NCBI GenBank assembly: GCA_963802505.1
Contig: CAWDJB010000003.1
Location: 188,073-252,072 of the forward strand
DNA: 64,000 bases
Source of the DNA: an uncultured Acidimicrobiales bacterium
GTDB lineage: Bacteria > Actinomycetota > Acidimicrobiia > Acidimicrobiales > DATKAS01
Direction: 5' to 3'
Part shown: positions 24,158 to 37,071 of the stretch, in pieces
How positions within the stretch are numbered: position 1 is the first letter of the stretch
Layout of the letters: the number at the start of each line of letters is the position of its first letter
Translations under genes and position numbers: made by a program
The notes under the pieces: model-generated
The model's input: only the letters and a program-made list of their open reading frames with translations
Told to the model about the DNA's origin: nothing
The model's database searches: none

Positions 24158-26680
24158 TTAGGCCCAGGCGATGCGGCCCATCTCGACGGGTTGGGCGAGG
24201 TCGGGATGAGAGGGCAGGACGCGGACGGTGAAGCCGTAGCGGCCCGCGATGCCCGCCGCGAGCTCACCTCGGTAGCGCGCCTCGCTGCCTGACGACGAGA
24301 CGAGGGTCATCGGCACGAGCGCAGGATCGACGATCTCGTCACCCTGCCCGACCGGACCGTGCGCGAGCTGCACGCTCACGTCCTCGGGTTTCAGGTCGCC
24401 GAGGTCGACTGTCGCCTCGACTGCCCGCACCGCGCCGAGATCAGCGGCACCGCCATCGGACTCGACGTCGACGATGCGGACGCCCGACCACGCCGCGCTG
24501 ACCCGCTCCTTCCACGCCAGGAGCTCCTTCGCGGCTGCGTGCTGGTTCGCGTTGATGCGAGTCGCGTGGATCGCGGTCGGTTCGTAGAGCCGGGTGACGT
24601 AGTCGCGCACCATGCGAGCGGCGGTGACCTCGGGGCAGAGCGTGCGCAGCGACGACTTCATCCGGCGGACCCACCCACGCGGGGTGGGGCCCTCGGGGCG
24701 CTGGTAGTAGAGCGGCACGATCTGATGCTCGAGCAGCTCGAACAGGCTGTTCGCCTCGATCTCGTCGCGGCGCGCGATGTCGGTCTCGCTCTCCGCCGAC
24801 GTGATCGCCCAGCCGTTCGTGCCGTCGAAGGACTCGTCCCACCAGCCGTCGAGGATCGAGCAGTTGAGCGCGCCGTTCATCGCAGCCTTCATGCCGCTCG
24901 TGCCGCACGCTTCCTGCGGCCGCCGCGGGTTGTTCAGCCAGACGTCGCACCCCTGGTACATGTAGCGCGCGAGGGCGATGTCGTAGTCGTCGACGAACAC
25001 GAAGCGGTGGCGCACCGTCCGATCGCCAGCGAAGTGGAGGAGGTCGCGGATCAGTGCCTTGCCGAGATCGTCGGCGGGGTGCGCCTTGCCGGCGAACACG
25101 AACTGCACCGGCTCGGACGACAACAGCAGGCTGCGCAAGCGGTCGGGCTGCGAGAGCAGGAGCGTCGCACGCTTGTAGGTCGCGAAGCGGCGGGCGAAGC
25201 CGATCGTCAGCACCTTCGGGTCGAGCACGCTGTCGCACCACTCGAGCTCAGAGGGGGACTGTCCTCGAGCGAGGCCGGTCGCCCGCAGCCGAGCGCGGAT
25301 GTGGAGCGCGAGCCGTCCGCGGCGGTGCTCACGCGCTCGCCACAGCTCGTCGTCGCTGACGTCGTCGATGCGCTCCCACTCGCCTGCCGATGCCTCAGTC
25401 CAGCCGGGGCTCACGTAGCGGCTGAACACGTCGGCCATCTCGGGCGCGACCCACGTCGGCGCATGCACGCCGTTCGTGACCGAGGTGATCGGAGTCTCCG
25501 CGACCGGGACGTCGGGCCACAGCCCCGCGAACATCTGCCGGCTCACCTCGCCGTGCAGCTTCGCGACCGCGTTCGATCGTGCGGCGAGCCTCAGCCCCAT
25601 CACGGCCATGTTGAAGCGATCGTCGCTCGGCTCGTCGTCGCGACGACCGAGCCCGAGCAGCGCGTCGAGGCTGACCTTGCACTCGGCCGCCCACGTCGTG
25701 AAGTAGCGCTCCATGAGCGCCTTCGGGAACCGGTCGATGCCTGCCGGCACGGGGGTGTGCGTCGTGAAGAGCGACGACGCCCGCACTGCCTCGATCGCCT
25801 CGGCGAACGAGAGGCCTTCCTTCGTGATCAACCGGTGCATGCGTTCGAGGCCGAGGAAGCCGGCGTGGCCTTCGTTCGTGTGGAAGACCTGCACGTCGAG
25901 CCCGAGGGCTTCGAGCATGCGGACGCCACCCATCCCGAGGAGGATCTCCTGCTGCAACCGATGCTCGACGTCGCCGCCGTAGAGGCGATCGGTGACCTCG
26001 CGCATGTCGGGCTCGTTGTCGTCGATGTCGGCATCGAGCAGGTAGAGCGGTGTGCGGCCCACGTCGGCCCGCCAGACCTGGGCGTGGAGGGGGCGCCCCG
26101 CGAGGTCGACGTTCACGCGCACGCCTTCGCACAACGTGAGCGCCATCGCGTACGGATCGAGATCGGGATAGCGCTCCTGCTGCCATCCGTCGTGCGACAG
26201 GCTCTGGCGGAAGTAGCCGTGGCGGTAGAAGAGGCCGACACCGACGAGCGGCACGCCGAGGTCGCTCGAGGCCTTGAGGTGGTCGCCCGCGAGCACACCG
26301 AGGCCGCCGGAGTACTGCGGCAGTGCCTCGCTGATGCCGAACTCGGGGGAGAAGTAGCCGACGAGCCTCAGCGGCGACGATCCCTTGAGCTGGAACCAAC
26401 GGTCGTTCGTGAGGTACCGCGTGAGCTCGTCCTCGGTGTCGGACAAGAACCGCATGAAGCCGGGATCTTCGGTGAGCCCGTGGAGCCGCTCGCGGCCGAC
26501 CGCGGCGATCACCGCGACCGGATCTCGCCGTGTCGCCTCCCAGAGGTCGGGGTCGACCCAGCGGAAGAGATCGCGTGTCTCCTGGTCCCACGACCACCGC
26601 AGGTTGAGTGCGAGCGTCACGAGTGGCGAAAGCGACTCGGGCAGGCGAGCCCGCACGGTGAAGCTCCGCAGGGCCTTCAC
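24158..26680 (-). CDS. glgP: Alpha-glucan (glycogen) phosphorylase
   Basis: YSGGLGVLAGDHLK, NEGHAGF, ARRFATYKR and EACGTSGMK (PLP lysine). Confidence 0.97.
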   Translation of the reverse strand: MKALRSFTVRARLPESLSPLVTLALNLRWSWDQETRDLFRWVDPDLWEATRRDPVAVIAAVGRERLHGLTEDPGFMRFLSDTEDELTRYLTNDRWFQLKGSSPLRLVGYFSPEFGISEALPQYSGGLGVLAGDHLKASSDLGVPLVGVGLFYRHGYFRQSLSHDGWQQERYPDLDPYAMALTLCEGVRVNVDLAGRPLHAQVWRADVGRTPLYLLDADIDDNEPDMREVTDRLYGGDVEHRLQQEILLGMGGVRMLEALGLDVQVFHTNEGHAGFLGLERMHRLITKEGLSFAEAIEAVRASSLFTTHTPVPAGIDRFPKALMERYFTTWAAECKVSLDALLGLGRRDDEPSDDRFNMAVMGLRLAARSNAVAKLHGEVSRQMFAGLWPDVPVAETPITSVTNGVHAPTWVAPEMADVFSRYVSPGWTEASAGEWERIDDVSDDELWRAREHRRGRLALHIRARLRATGLARGQSPSELEWCDSVLDPKVLTIGFARRFATYKRATLLLSQPDRLRSLLLSSEPVQFVFAGKAHPADDLGKALIRDLLHFAGDRTVRHRFVFVDDYDIALARYMYQGCDVWLNNPRRPQEACGTSGMKAAMNGALNCSILDGWWDESFDGTNGWAITSAESETDIARRDEIEANSLFELLEHQIVPLYYQRPEGPTPRGWVRRMKSSLRTLCPEVTAARMVRDYVTRLYEPTAIHATRINANQHAAAKELLAWKERVSAAWSGVRIVDVESDGGAADLGAVRAVEATVDLGDLKPEDVSVQLAHGPVGQGDEIVDPALVPMTLVSSSGSEARYRGELAAGIAGRYGFTVRVLPSHPDLAQPVEMGRIAWA

Positions 26681-27870
26681 TTGCCCTTGCCCGCCTTCTT
26701 CGGCTTGGTCGTCGGCGGCTTCGCCCCTGCGTCGAGGTACACGTCGATGGTCGAGGCCGCGATCGCATCCCAGGAGTACTTGGTCGCTACGAGCTCGGTG
26801 CCCGCCGCTTGCGACTTCGCGACCAGGCCCGGCTCGGTGGTCATCCGGTCGAACGCAGCGGCCAGCGCATCGGCGTTCCCCGGCGGGAAGAGGAGCCCGG
26901 CATCGGTGCCGCCCAACACCTCTCGGAGGCCTCCGCTCTCGGCCGCGATGAGTGGCGCCCCGGCCGAGAGGGCCTCGAGTGCCACGATCCCGAACGGCTC
27001 GTAGAGCGACGGGATCACCGCGCAGGTGGCCTCGTTGAGCAGGCGCACCAGCTCCTCGTCACTTACGAAGCCGGCAAACTGCACCGCCTGCTGCACACCC
27101 AACCCGCGAGCGACGCCGCGGAGCTCCTCGGAGTACGTGCCCCGCCCGACGAGCACGCAGCGCAACGCGGGATGGCGAGCCACGAGCCGAGCCACGGCCG
27201 CGATGAGGGTCTGGAAGCCCTTCTCGTACTCGAGCCGGCCCCACGAGACGATCAGCGGCGCGTCGATGCCGGCGCGGGTGACGCCAGTGGTGCGGAACCG
27301 AGCCGGGTCGACGCCGTTCGGCACCATCGCGATCTTGTCGCGCGGCAGCTGAAACGCTCGCACGACTTCCTCGACCATGAAGCCCGAGCAGCAGATCACG
27401 CGCTGAGCCTCGTAGGTGAGCCACCACTCCGCCGCGTTGATCGCCTCAGAGGTCGTGTTCGTGAGGTGGCCCTGATGGCGGCCGAGCTCGGTGGCGTGGA
27501 CCGTCGCGACGAACGGCGCGCCGAAGGCCTCGCGCAAGGTGTCTCCTGCCCATGCCCCAAGCCAGTCGTGCGCGTGCACGACGTCGGCCTGCCACGGGAG
27601 GAGGCGGGCGCCGAGCTGCGCGACCTGGTGGTTGCCCGAGATGACCTGCGCAAGCGGGTTGTCGTTCGGCACCCACGGCAGGTCGACGTGCGCGCGCAGC
27701 ACCCGCACGCCCTCGACCTCGGAGTCGTCGGGCGCGTAGGGATGGGCCCTGGTGAGCACCACGATCTCGTGGCCGGCGCGAGCCATCGCGGTGGCGAGGC
27801 CGTGCACGTGCGCAGCAAGTCCGCCGACGACGAGCGGTGGGTACTCCCAGCTGACCATGGCGACGCGCAT
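26677..27870 (-). CDS. GT4 glycosyltransferase (Rv3032-like alpha-1,4-glucosyltransferase)
   Basis: SWEYPPLVVGGL, HAHDWL, HATELGRHQG and PSLYEPFGIVALE. Located in the glycogen cluster. Confidence 0.88.
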   Translation of the reverse strand: MRVAMVSWEYPPLVVGGLAAHVHGLATAMARAGHEIVVLTRAHPYAPDDSEVEGVRVLRAHVDLPWVPNDNPLAQVISGNHQVAQLGARLLPWQADVVHAHDWLGAWAGDTLREAFGAPFVATVHATELGRHQGHLTNTTSEAINAAEWWLTYEAQRVICCSGFMVEEVVRAFQLPRDKIAMVPNGVDPARFRTTGVTRAGIDAPLIVSWGRLEYEKGFQTLIAAVARLVARHPALRCVLVGRGTYSEELRGVARGLGVQQAVQFAGFVSDEELVRLLNEATCAVIPSLYEPFGIVALEALSAGAPLIAAESGGLREVLGGTDAGLLFPPGNADALAAAFDRMTTEPGLVAKSQAAGTELVATKYSWDAIAASTIDVYLDAGAKPPTTKPKKAGKGK

Positions 27871-27911
27871 GAGCGGCCGACCTTACCCGGGCGCCGTGCG
27901 ATGCTTCCGGG

Positions 27912-30088
<2,177 letters not shown>

Positions 30089-30092
<4 letters not shown>

Positions 30093-32508
30093 CCGACCGA
30101 AGGCTCGTGATCCACGGGCACTTCTACCAACCCCCGCGCGAGAACCCCTGGACCGAGACGGTCCCGGTGGAGCCGTCGGCATCGCCCGCCCACGACTGGA
30201 ACGAGCGGGTCACCGATGAGAGCTACCGACCGAACGCGTTCGCACGCATCCTCGACGACCACGGTGCGCTCGTCGCGCTGGTCGACAACTACCGACTGAT
30301 GTCGTTCAACGTCGGGCCGACGCTCATGTCGTGGCTCGAGGACCACCGGCCGGACGTGTACGGCGCGATCGTCCGCGCCGGGCGCGACGGCCGCGGCGCG
30401 ATCGCGCAGGCATACAGCCACCCGATCCTGCCGCTCGCCTCGCGGCGCGACATCACGACCCAGGTGCGCTGGGGCCTCGCCGACTTCGCGCTCCGGTTCG
30501 GCCGGCCGGCAGAGGGGATGTGGCTGCCCGAGACCGGCGTGAACGACGAGGTGCTCTCGGTGCTCGCCGAGGAAGGCGTGGGCTTCACGATCCTCGCTCC
30601 GAGCCAAGCGGTGCGGGTGCGTCTCAACGACGCGGGCGACGACGAATGGGTCTCGGTCGACGACGGGTCGATCGACACCCGGCGCACCTATCAGTGGTGT
30701 CACCCGAGCGGCGACGGCCGGGGCGTGACGATCGTCTTCTACGACGGCGGGCTCTCACACGACGTCGCGTTCGGGTTGGGCTCGCTGTCGAGTGCAGCGC
30801 TGGTCGATCGCGCCGAGCATCTCCTTGCCGACTCGGGCGATCGCGGCGTCGTCTGCATCGCGACCGACGGTGAGACCTTCGGTCATCACCACCGTTGGGG
30901 CGAGCGAGCGGTGGCGTACGCGCTCGCGGTCGAGGCGCCACGACGCGGCCTCGCGACGGGGGGACTCGCCGAGTTCGCGCTCGGGCGAACACCCGAGTGG
31001 GAGGTACAGGTCAGAGAGAGCGCGTGGTCGTGCGCGCACGGCGTTGGTCGGTGGAAGGAGGATTGCGGCTGCCACACCGGCGGAGGGCCAGGGTGGCAGC
31101 AAGCCTGGCGTGCTCCGTTGCGAGCCGCGTTCGATCGCATCCGCGATCACGGTGTCGAGGTGTTCGAGCGCCGCGGGGCGCGGTGATGCACGACCCGTGG
31201 GCCGCGCGCGACGCGTATGTGGACGTGATCCTCGGCGCCACGTCGATCGAGGACTTCGCCGCGCGGTGGGTGCGGAGCGAGTCGCCCGACGCGATCGTGG
31301 ACGCGCTCACGCTGCTCGAAGCCCAACGCCACGCGATGCTGATGTACACGTCGTGCGGGTGGTTCTTCAGTGACGTCGCGGGGCTGGAGACCGTGCAGGT
31401 GATGCGCTACGCGGCGCGGACGATCGACCTTCTCGGCGAGCTCGGTGAGGCGCTCGACGTCGAGGAGGTGCTCGCCATCCTCGACGGTGCGGTGAGCAAC
31501 GATCCGTCCGAGGGCACCGGCCGTGACGTGTGGAAGCGCCGCGTCGACCCGACTCGCGTCGACGCCGGTCGCGTGGTCGCGCACCTCGCGATGATCGACC
31601 TCCTCGAGCGACGCGAGCCTCCTGCCTCGCTCGGCGGCTACGAGGTGATCGTCCAGAGACACGATCACGACGACCGCGGTTCGGTCGAGATGTGCTCGGG
31701 GCGAGTCGAGCTGCGACACCGTCGCACGCGCCGCCGGCACGAGCACGCGTACGCCGCGCTTCGACTCGGCGCGCTGGAGATCGCGGGGGCGACGAGACCG
31801 GTCTCCGACGCCCATGAGGCTGATGACCTCCTTTCCGAGTTCGGCCGCGCGTTCCGCGATGGCGAGCGAGTGTCGGGGCTCGTGCGCAGGATGGTGGACG
31901 ACATCGCGCCGGCCTCTCGCGGCGGCGTCGAGTTCGGGCTCGACTCGGCGCTGCCCGACGCGGCCGAGCAGGTGCTGCGCTCCACCGCACAGGGTCTCGC
32001 CGACCGCTTCGACGTGGAGTTCGAGCACCTGGTCAGCGATGCCACCGACACGTTCGAGGCGCTCGCCGTCGCGGGCTATCCGTTGCCTCCCGAGCTGAAG
32101 CTCCCCGTCGAGATGGCGACCGCTCGTCGCCTGGAAGCCGACCTCGTCGCCCTGGCCCGCGACTACTCGCCGCTCACGTACCACTCGGCGCGCGAGCTCG
32201 CCGAGCAGGCGAAGCGACAAGGCCTGAGCCTGCTCACACCGGCAGTCACCGCAGCCCTCCACGACGCCACGCTGAGTGCTGTCGCGACCGCGATCGCGGA
32301 GCGACATCTCACGGTCGTGGAGGCCGCGATCGCGACGGTGCGGCTCGCCCTCCTCCTCGATCCACGCTTCGACCTCAGCCGCGCGCAGGACGACGTGTAC
32401 TTCGCGCTCGTCGGCGGCACCGACGACACGAAGGCCGTGCTGCGACCGCTCGGGATCGTCCTCGGGCTCGCGGTCGACGCTCTCGGCATCCCTGACGTCG
32501 CGCAGTAG
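30089..32508 (+). CDS. GH57-like / DUF3536 glycoside hydrolase, split by a 1-nt deletion near 31180 (probable sequence error or pseudogene)
   Basis: HGHFYQPPRENPW, GMWLPETG, ATDGETFGHH and WSCAHGVGRW...WRAPLR up to 31186. The reading continues in another frame as DPWAARDAYV...MYTSCGWFFSD, both parts of one family. Confidence 0.85.
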
Positions 32509-32519
32509 GGTCGCCCGCC

Positions 32520-34451
32520 GTGCAGCCTGCAGACATCGCGCGAGTCGTCGCGCCCGCGGAGCCGCGTCTGTCGCCCGACGCCTCGCTCCTCGCGTTCACC
32601 GTCATGACGCCCGACCTCGAGTCGAACCGAGCGAAGACACAGGTGTGGTTGACACCGACCGATCGTTCGTCGCCGCCCTACCCCTTCACCGCGGGAGCCG
32701 AGCGTGATGGCCACGCTCGCTGGTCACCCGACGGTCGATTCCTCGCGTTCACCAGCCATCGCGAAGAGACCGGCTCGCAGCTGCTCGTCGCGCCTGTCGG
32801 CGTCGGCGGCGAGATGCGCACGCTGGTCTCGCTCGCCGAGGAGATCGAGGCGCTCGAGTGGTCGCCCGACGGCGCCGCGCTCGCGTTCACCGCGCGCCTG
32901 CGCGACGAGGCGCAGTACGCGCCGAAGCGCGACGCCGACCGGCCGGCCCGGCGCATCCGCCATCTCGGTTGGAAGTACGACAACGCCGGCTGGATCGTCG
33001 ATCGACCGCGGTCGCTGTTCGTCGTCGAGGCCAGCGGCATGAGCCCGCATCGCGTGCTGCTGACCGGAGGCCATGACGTCGGTCCTTCGCTGTCGTGGAC
33101 GCGAGACAGCACGGCGATCGTCATCGCGCACGGCGGCCACGAGACGGCTGATGTCGACCGAATCGTGGACTTGTGGTCGGTGCCGCTCGACGGAGGTCAG
33201 CCCAACCGGCTCACCGACGGCACCCAGTCTTGGTCGCAGCCCGTCGTGTCGCCCGAGGGAGATCGCATCGCTGCCTACCGGGGCGAGCCTCGCGATCCGG
33301 TGCGCAACGCCCGGCTCGTGCTTCTCGATCCCGCGACGGGCGACGCGACGGAGGTCGCGCCCGATCTCGACCGTGGGCGTTCCGTCATCTCGCCGACCGG
33401 TGTGCTCTTCGACAGTGATCGCATCTGGTACTCGATCGAGGATCGGGGTTCGACCGCGGTCTACGCGAGCCCGGCAGAGGTGGTGCTGTCAGGCGACCGA
33501 GTGGTCACCGGTGTCGACGTCCGCAACGGCACGATCGCGTACACCGACGCACTGCCGACCGGTCCGTTCCGCGTCGTGGTGCGCGACGTCGCGAGCGGCG
33601 ACGACCGCGAGCTGGCTTCGTACTCGATCCCGTTCCCCACGAGCGCCCCCGAGAAGCTGCACGTGACCGCGCGCGATGGAGCGGAGGTCGACGCGTGGTT
33701 CGTGCCGCCGCTCGATCTCGATCCGTCCCGCACGTATCCCGTCCTGCTCAACATCCACGGCGGCCCGTACTCGCAATACGGCTACGGGTTCTTCGACGAG
33801 TTCCAGGTGCAAGCGGCGGCCGGATACGGCGTCGTGTACTGCAATCCCCGCGGGTCCTCGGGCTACGGCGAGGCATGGGGGCGCGCGATCAGAGGACCCA
33901 AGTGCGACCCCGATCCGGGAACCGGCTGGGGAGGGATCGACGCGTCGGATGTGCTGTCGGTGCTCGACGCTGCGCTCGACGCGCATTCCTATCTCGACCG
34001 CGAGCGCACTGGCGTGCTCGGCGGCTCGTACGGCGGCTACCTCACGTCGTGGCTCGTGACCCAGACCGATCGATTCGCGGCCGCGTGCTCGGAGCGTGCC
34101 GTCAACAACATGGTCACGATGAGCCACACCTCCGACATCGGGTGGTGGTTCAACACCGAGTACGCGGGCGTGACGCCGATGGAGGACACCGAGGAGCTGC
34201 TGCGGATGTCGCCGGTCACCTACGCGGACCGCATCACCACGCCCCTTCTCATCGTGCACAGCGAGAACGACTGGCGCTGCCCGATCGAACAGGCCGAGGA
34301 CCTCTACACCCGGCTGAGGCTGCTCGGCCGTGACGTCGAGTTCGTGCGCTTCCCGGGCGAAGGCCACGAGCTCTCACGCTCAGGCGCTCCCAAACACCGC
34401 GTAGAACGCTTCGAGATCATCTTGGAGTTCTTCTCCCGCCACTTGAAGTGA
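32520..34451 (+). CDS. S9 family peptidase (acylaminoacyl peptidase-like)
   Basis: WSPDG repeats, IHGGP, NPRGSSGYG, GGSYGG, HSENDWRCP and GEGHELSRSG. Confidence 0.93.
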   Translation: MQPADIARVVAPAEPRLSPDASLLAFTVMTPDLESNRAKTQVWLTPTDRSSPPYPFTAGAERDGHARWSPDGRFLAFTSHREETGSQLLVAPVGVGGEMRTLVSLAEEIEALEWSPDGAALAFTARLRDEAQYAPKRDADRPARRIRHLGWKYDNAGWIVDRPRSLFVVEASGMSPHRVLLTGGHDVGPSLSWTRDSTAIVIAHGGHETADVDRIVDLWSVPLDGGQPNRLTDGTQSWSQPVVSPEGDRIAAYRGEPRDPVRNARLVLLDPATGDATEVAPDLDRGRSVISPTGVLFDSDRIWYSIEDRGSTAVYASPAEVVLSGDRVVTGVDVRNGTIAYTDALPTGPFRVVVRDVASGDDRELASYSIPFPTSAPEKLHVTARDGAEVDAWFVPPLDLDPSRTYPVLLNIHGGPYSQYGYGFFDEFQVQAAAGYGVVYCNPRGSSGYGEAWGRAIRGPKCDPDPGTGWGGIDASDVLSVLDAALDAHSYLDRERTGVLGGSYGGYLTSWLVTQTDRFAAACSERAVNNMVTMSHTSDIGWWFNTEYAGVTPMEDTEELLRMSPVTYADRITTPLLIVHSENDWRCPIEQAEDLYTRLRLLGRDVEFVRFPGEGHELSRSGAPKHRVERFEIILEFFSRHLK

Positions 34452-34917
34452 GGCCGTTGCGGCTTGCCGGCGACGAGTGCGTGCCGGCCGAGCCGCTCGA
34501 ACGCTGGAGCCTGCAGCTCACGTTGAAGCACCAGGAATAGGTGTGGGTGGTGTCGGGGCCTTGGAGGGTCTGGAAGAAGTGCGCCGTGACGCAGTGGCGT
34601 CCCGGGGCGAACTGCTCGAACTCTTTGCCCGGGCCCGGCTGGAAGAACACCTGGTTCAACGCGTCGTTCTTCGTGAGCTGATCGTCGGGAACGGGCGTGC
34701 TGTCGATGTCGAGCGTGCCCTCGTATCCCGGCGCGAGGTCGACGCCCACCTGCGATTGACGGAGCACGAGCTCGCCGGGCTTCGGCACGAGCACTTCGAT
34801 GCCCGGGTCGACGAGGGCGGCATCGTCGTCGCCCGTCTGGGCCTGCATGAATCCGGCAACGATCGCGACGAGTGCGACCGCGATCAGCGCAGAGATGCCG
34901 ACACGGTGCCACTTCAT
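34417..34917 (-). CDS. Hypothetical membrane-anchored protein with a small beta-rich extracytoplasmic domain
   Basis: N-terminal TM, then PGELVLRQSQVGVDLAPGYEG...PGRHC...YSWCFNV. The low-complexity tail overlapping the peptidase is doubtful. Confidence 0.65.
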   Translation of the reverse strand: MKWHRVGISALIAVALVAIVAGFMQAQTGDDDAALVDPGIEVLVPKPGELVLRQSQVGVDLAPGYEGTLDIDSTPVPDDQLTKNDALNQVFFQPGPGKEFEQFAPGRHCVTAHFFQTLQGPDTTHTYSWCFNVSCRLQRSSGSAGTHSSPASRNGLTSSGGRRTPR

Positions 34918-35076
34918 GGCTCAGATCTTGCCTGAGTAGGAGCGCGCTCCCACCATCGCGGTAGGCAGGCCGTCACCCCTCCGTAATACCGGTGGCACAA
35001 ACCTCGCGAACCCACCGGTTACCGTTTCGCGGATGCTGTTGTCGTCGGCCCGACTCCCGCGACCGAACGAGACCTG

Positions 35077-37011
35077 ATGGTGGTTTCGCGCATGGCCGAC
35101 CACGTCGGCCGCGTGCTCGGGTCGCGCTACCGGCTCGTGGCTCCGGTCGGCGCCGGTGCCTCCGCGCAGGTGTACCTCGCCGACGACGTGCAGCTGCGCC
35201 GGCAGGTCGCGGTCAAGATCCTCCACCCGGCGCTGGCAGGCGACCCCACCTTCCTCAAGCGCTTCCGTGCAGAGGCCCGCGCGGCGGCGGCGCTCAGCCA
35301 TCCGAACGTCATGGCGGTCTACGACTGGGGTGAGGAGTCGGATCTCTCCGAGCACGGTCCGTACCTCGTGCTCGAGTACCTCGGCGGCGGCAGCCTGCGG
35401 TCGATCCTCGATGCGGGGCGGCTCCTGACGCCGTCGCAAGCGCTCGTGGTCGGCCTCGAGGCGGCGAGAGGCCTCGAGTACGCGCATCGCCGAGGCATCG
35501 TCCACCGAGACATCAAGCCTGCGAACCTGCTGTTCGACGAGGAGGGCCGGCTGCGCATCGCCGACTTCGGGCTCGCTCGTGCGATCGCTGAAGCGGCCTG
35601 GACCGAGCCATCGGGCGTCGTGTTGGGCACCGCGCGGTACGCGTCGCCCGAGCAAGCGCAGGGCAAGCCGGTCGACGGCAAGACCGACGTGTACTCACTC
35701 GCGCTCGTGCTGATCGAGTCGGTGACGGGCAACGTCCCGTTCGCGGCCGACACGACGGTGGCGACGTTGATGGCGCGCATCGACGCGCTGATCCCGGTCC
35801 CCGAGTCACTCGGTCCGCTGCGAACGGTCGTCGAACGCGCCGGTCGTCCCGATCCGGCAGAGCGGTATGACGCGACCGCGTTCGGGCGCGTCCTCGCGGG
35901 CACAGCCGAACGCTTGCCGCGCCCGGCGCCGCTCCCACTCATGCGGCCGAAGCCGTCGACGAGCGACCTCCTCGACCTCACGGCGATGAAGCCGGCGACG
36001 TCGACCGACCTGACGCCGATCACCGGTGATGAATCCGGCGCCGCCACAGGCCCGTTCGACGTCGACAGCGCTCCGACTCCGATCCCGCCGCGGGGCACGT
36101 CGCTGGTGGTCACCGAGGAGAAGCCGCGCAAGCGTTGGCGGCGTCGCCTGCTCTTGGCGATCACCGCGCTGGTCCTGCTGTTGGCGGGGGGCGCGGCCGT
36201 GTATGCCGCGACGCAGGCAACAGTGCCGAAGCACGAGGTGCCCGGCGTGATCGGGGCGACGGCCGACGCCGCCCTTGCGCAGGTGGGTGAGTTCGGCTGG
36301 AAGATCGACCGCCAGGACAGGTTCGACGACGCAACGGCCGCTGGGCAGGTCATCGGTCAGGATCCCGAGGCCGGCGCCAAGCTCAAGGAAGGCGGCACCT
36401 TCTCGTTGGTCGTGTCGCGGGGCCCGACGCCCGTCGCGATCCCCGACCTCACCGGGATGAGCGACGGCCAAGCCGGCGAGGCACTCAAGAACTCCGGCCT
36501 CGTGGTGGTCACACCGGTGACCGAGCAATACGACGAGAACGTCCCCGAGCACTTCGTCATCAGCTGGGATCCGACCGGCACCGAGATCCCCAAGGGCTCC
36601 TCGGTCAACCTCGTGGTCTCGAAGGGCCCGGCGCCGCGGCAGGTGCCCCAGATCAGTGGCACGTTCGCCGACGCCAAGGCCGCGCTCGCGGGCGTGCAGC
36701 TAAAGGCGAAGCAAGAGCAGGTCTTCAGCGACGACGTCCCCGAGGGCCAGGTCGTCTCGACCCAGCCGTCGGCGGGCGACAGCGTTGCGCGCGGCGCGAC
36801 GGTGGTCGTGAACGTGTCGAAGGGTCCTGACCTCGTGGCGGTGCCGTCGATCGTGCGCAAGAAGCTCGAGGAGGCGATCTCGATCCTGGAGGACGCCGGT
36901 CTCTCGGCGGGCCAGGTGTACGGGCCGGCGAAGGGCAGGCCGATCTCGTCCAACCCTGGCGAGGGCGCGATGATCAAGCGGGGCAGCGCAGTCGACATCT
37001 ACCTCGGTTAG
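35077..37011 (+). CDS. Ser/Thr protein kinase with a TM helix and PASTA domains (PknB/PknL-like)
   Basis: VAVK, HRDIKPAN, DFGLAR and YASPE. TM at about aa 357-378, then repeats of VP....G...VS.GP. Confidence 0.94.
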   Translation: MVVSRMADHVGRVLGSRYRLVAPVGAGASAQVYLADDVQLRRQVAVKILHPALAGDPTFLKRFRAEARAAAALSHPNVMAVYDWGEESDLSEHGPYLVLEYLGGGSLRSILDAGRLLTPSQALVVGLEAARGLEYAHRRGIVHRDIKPANLLFDEEGRLRIADFGLARAIAEAAWTEPSGVVLGTARYASPEQAQGKPVDGKTDVYSLALVLIESVTGNVPFAADTTVATLMARIDALIPVPESLGPLRTVVERAGRPDPAERYDATAFGRVLAGTAERLPRPAPLPLMRPKPSTSDLLDLTAMKPATSTDLTPITGDESGAATGPFDVDSAPTPIPPRGTSLVVTEEKPRKRWRRRLLLAITALVLLLAGGAAVYAATQATVPKHEVPGVIGATADAALAQVGEFGWKIDRQDRFDDATAAGQVIGQDPEAGAKLKEGGTFSLVVSRGPTPVAIPDLTGMSDGQAGEALKNSGLVVVTPVTEQYDENVPEHFVISWDPTGTEIPKGSSVNLVVSKGPAPRQVPQISGTFADAKAALAGVQLKAKQEQVFSDDVPEGQVVSTQPSAGDSVARGATVVVNVSKGPDLVAVPSIVRKKLEEAISILEDAGLSAGQVYGPAKGRPISSNPGEGAMIKRGSAVDIYLG

Positions 37012-37071
37012 CGATTCGCGAGGCGACCCGCTTAGTGTGCGGCCCGCACATCGAGTGAGAGGAGTCGGCTC

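Noticed and set aside
34939-34952. GGAGCGCGCTCCCA resembling the CebR box TGGGAGCGCTCCCA
   Set aside because: It has two extra central bases and lies about 11 kb from the GH94/ABC cluster. A GC-rich palindrome like this can arise by chance.
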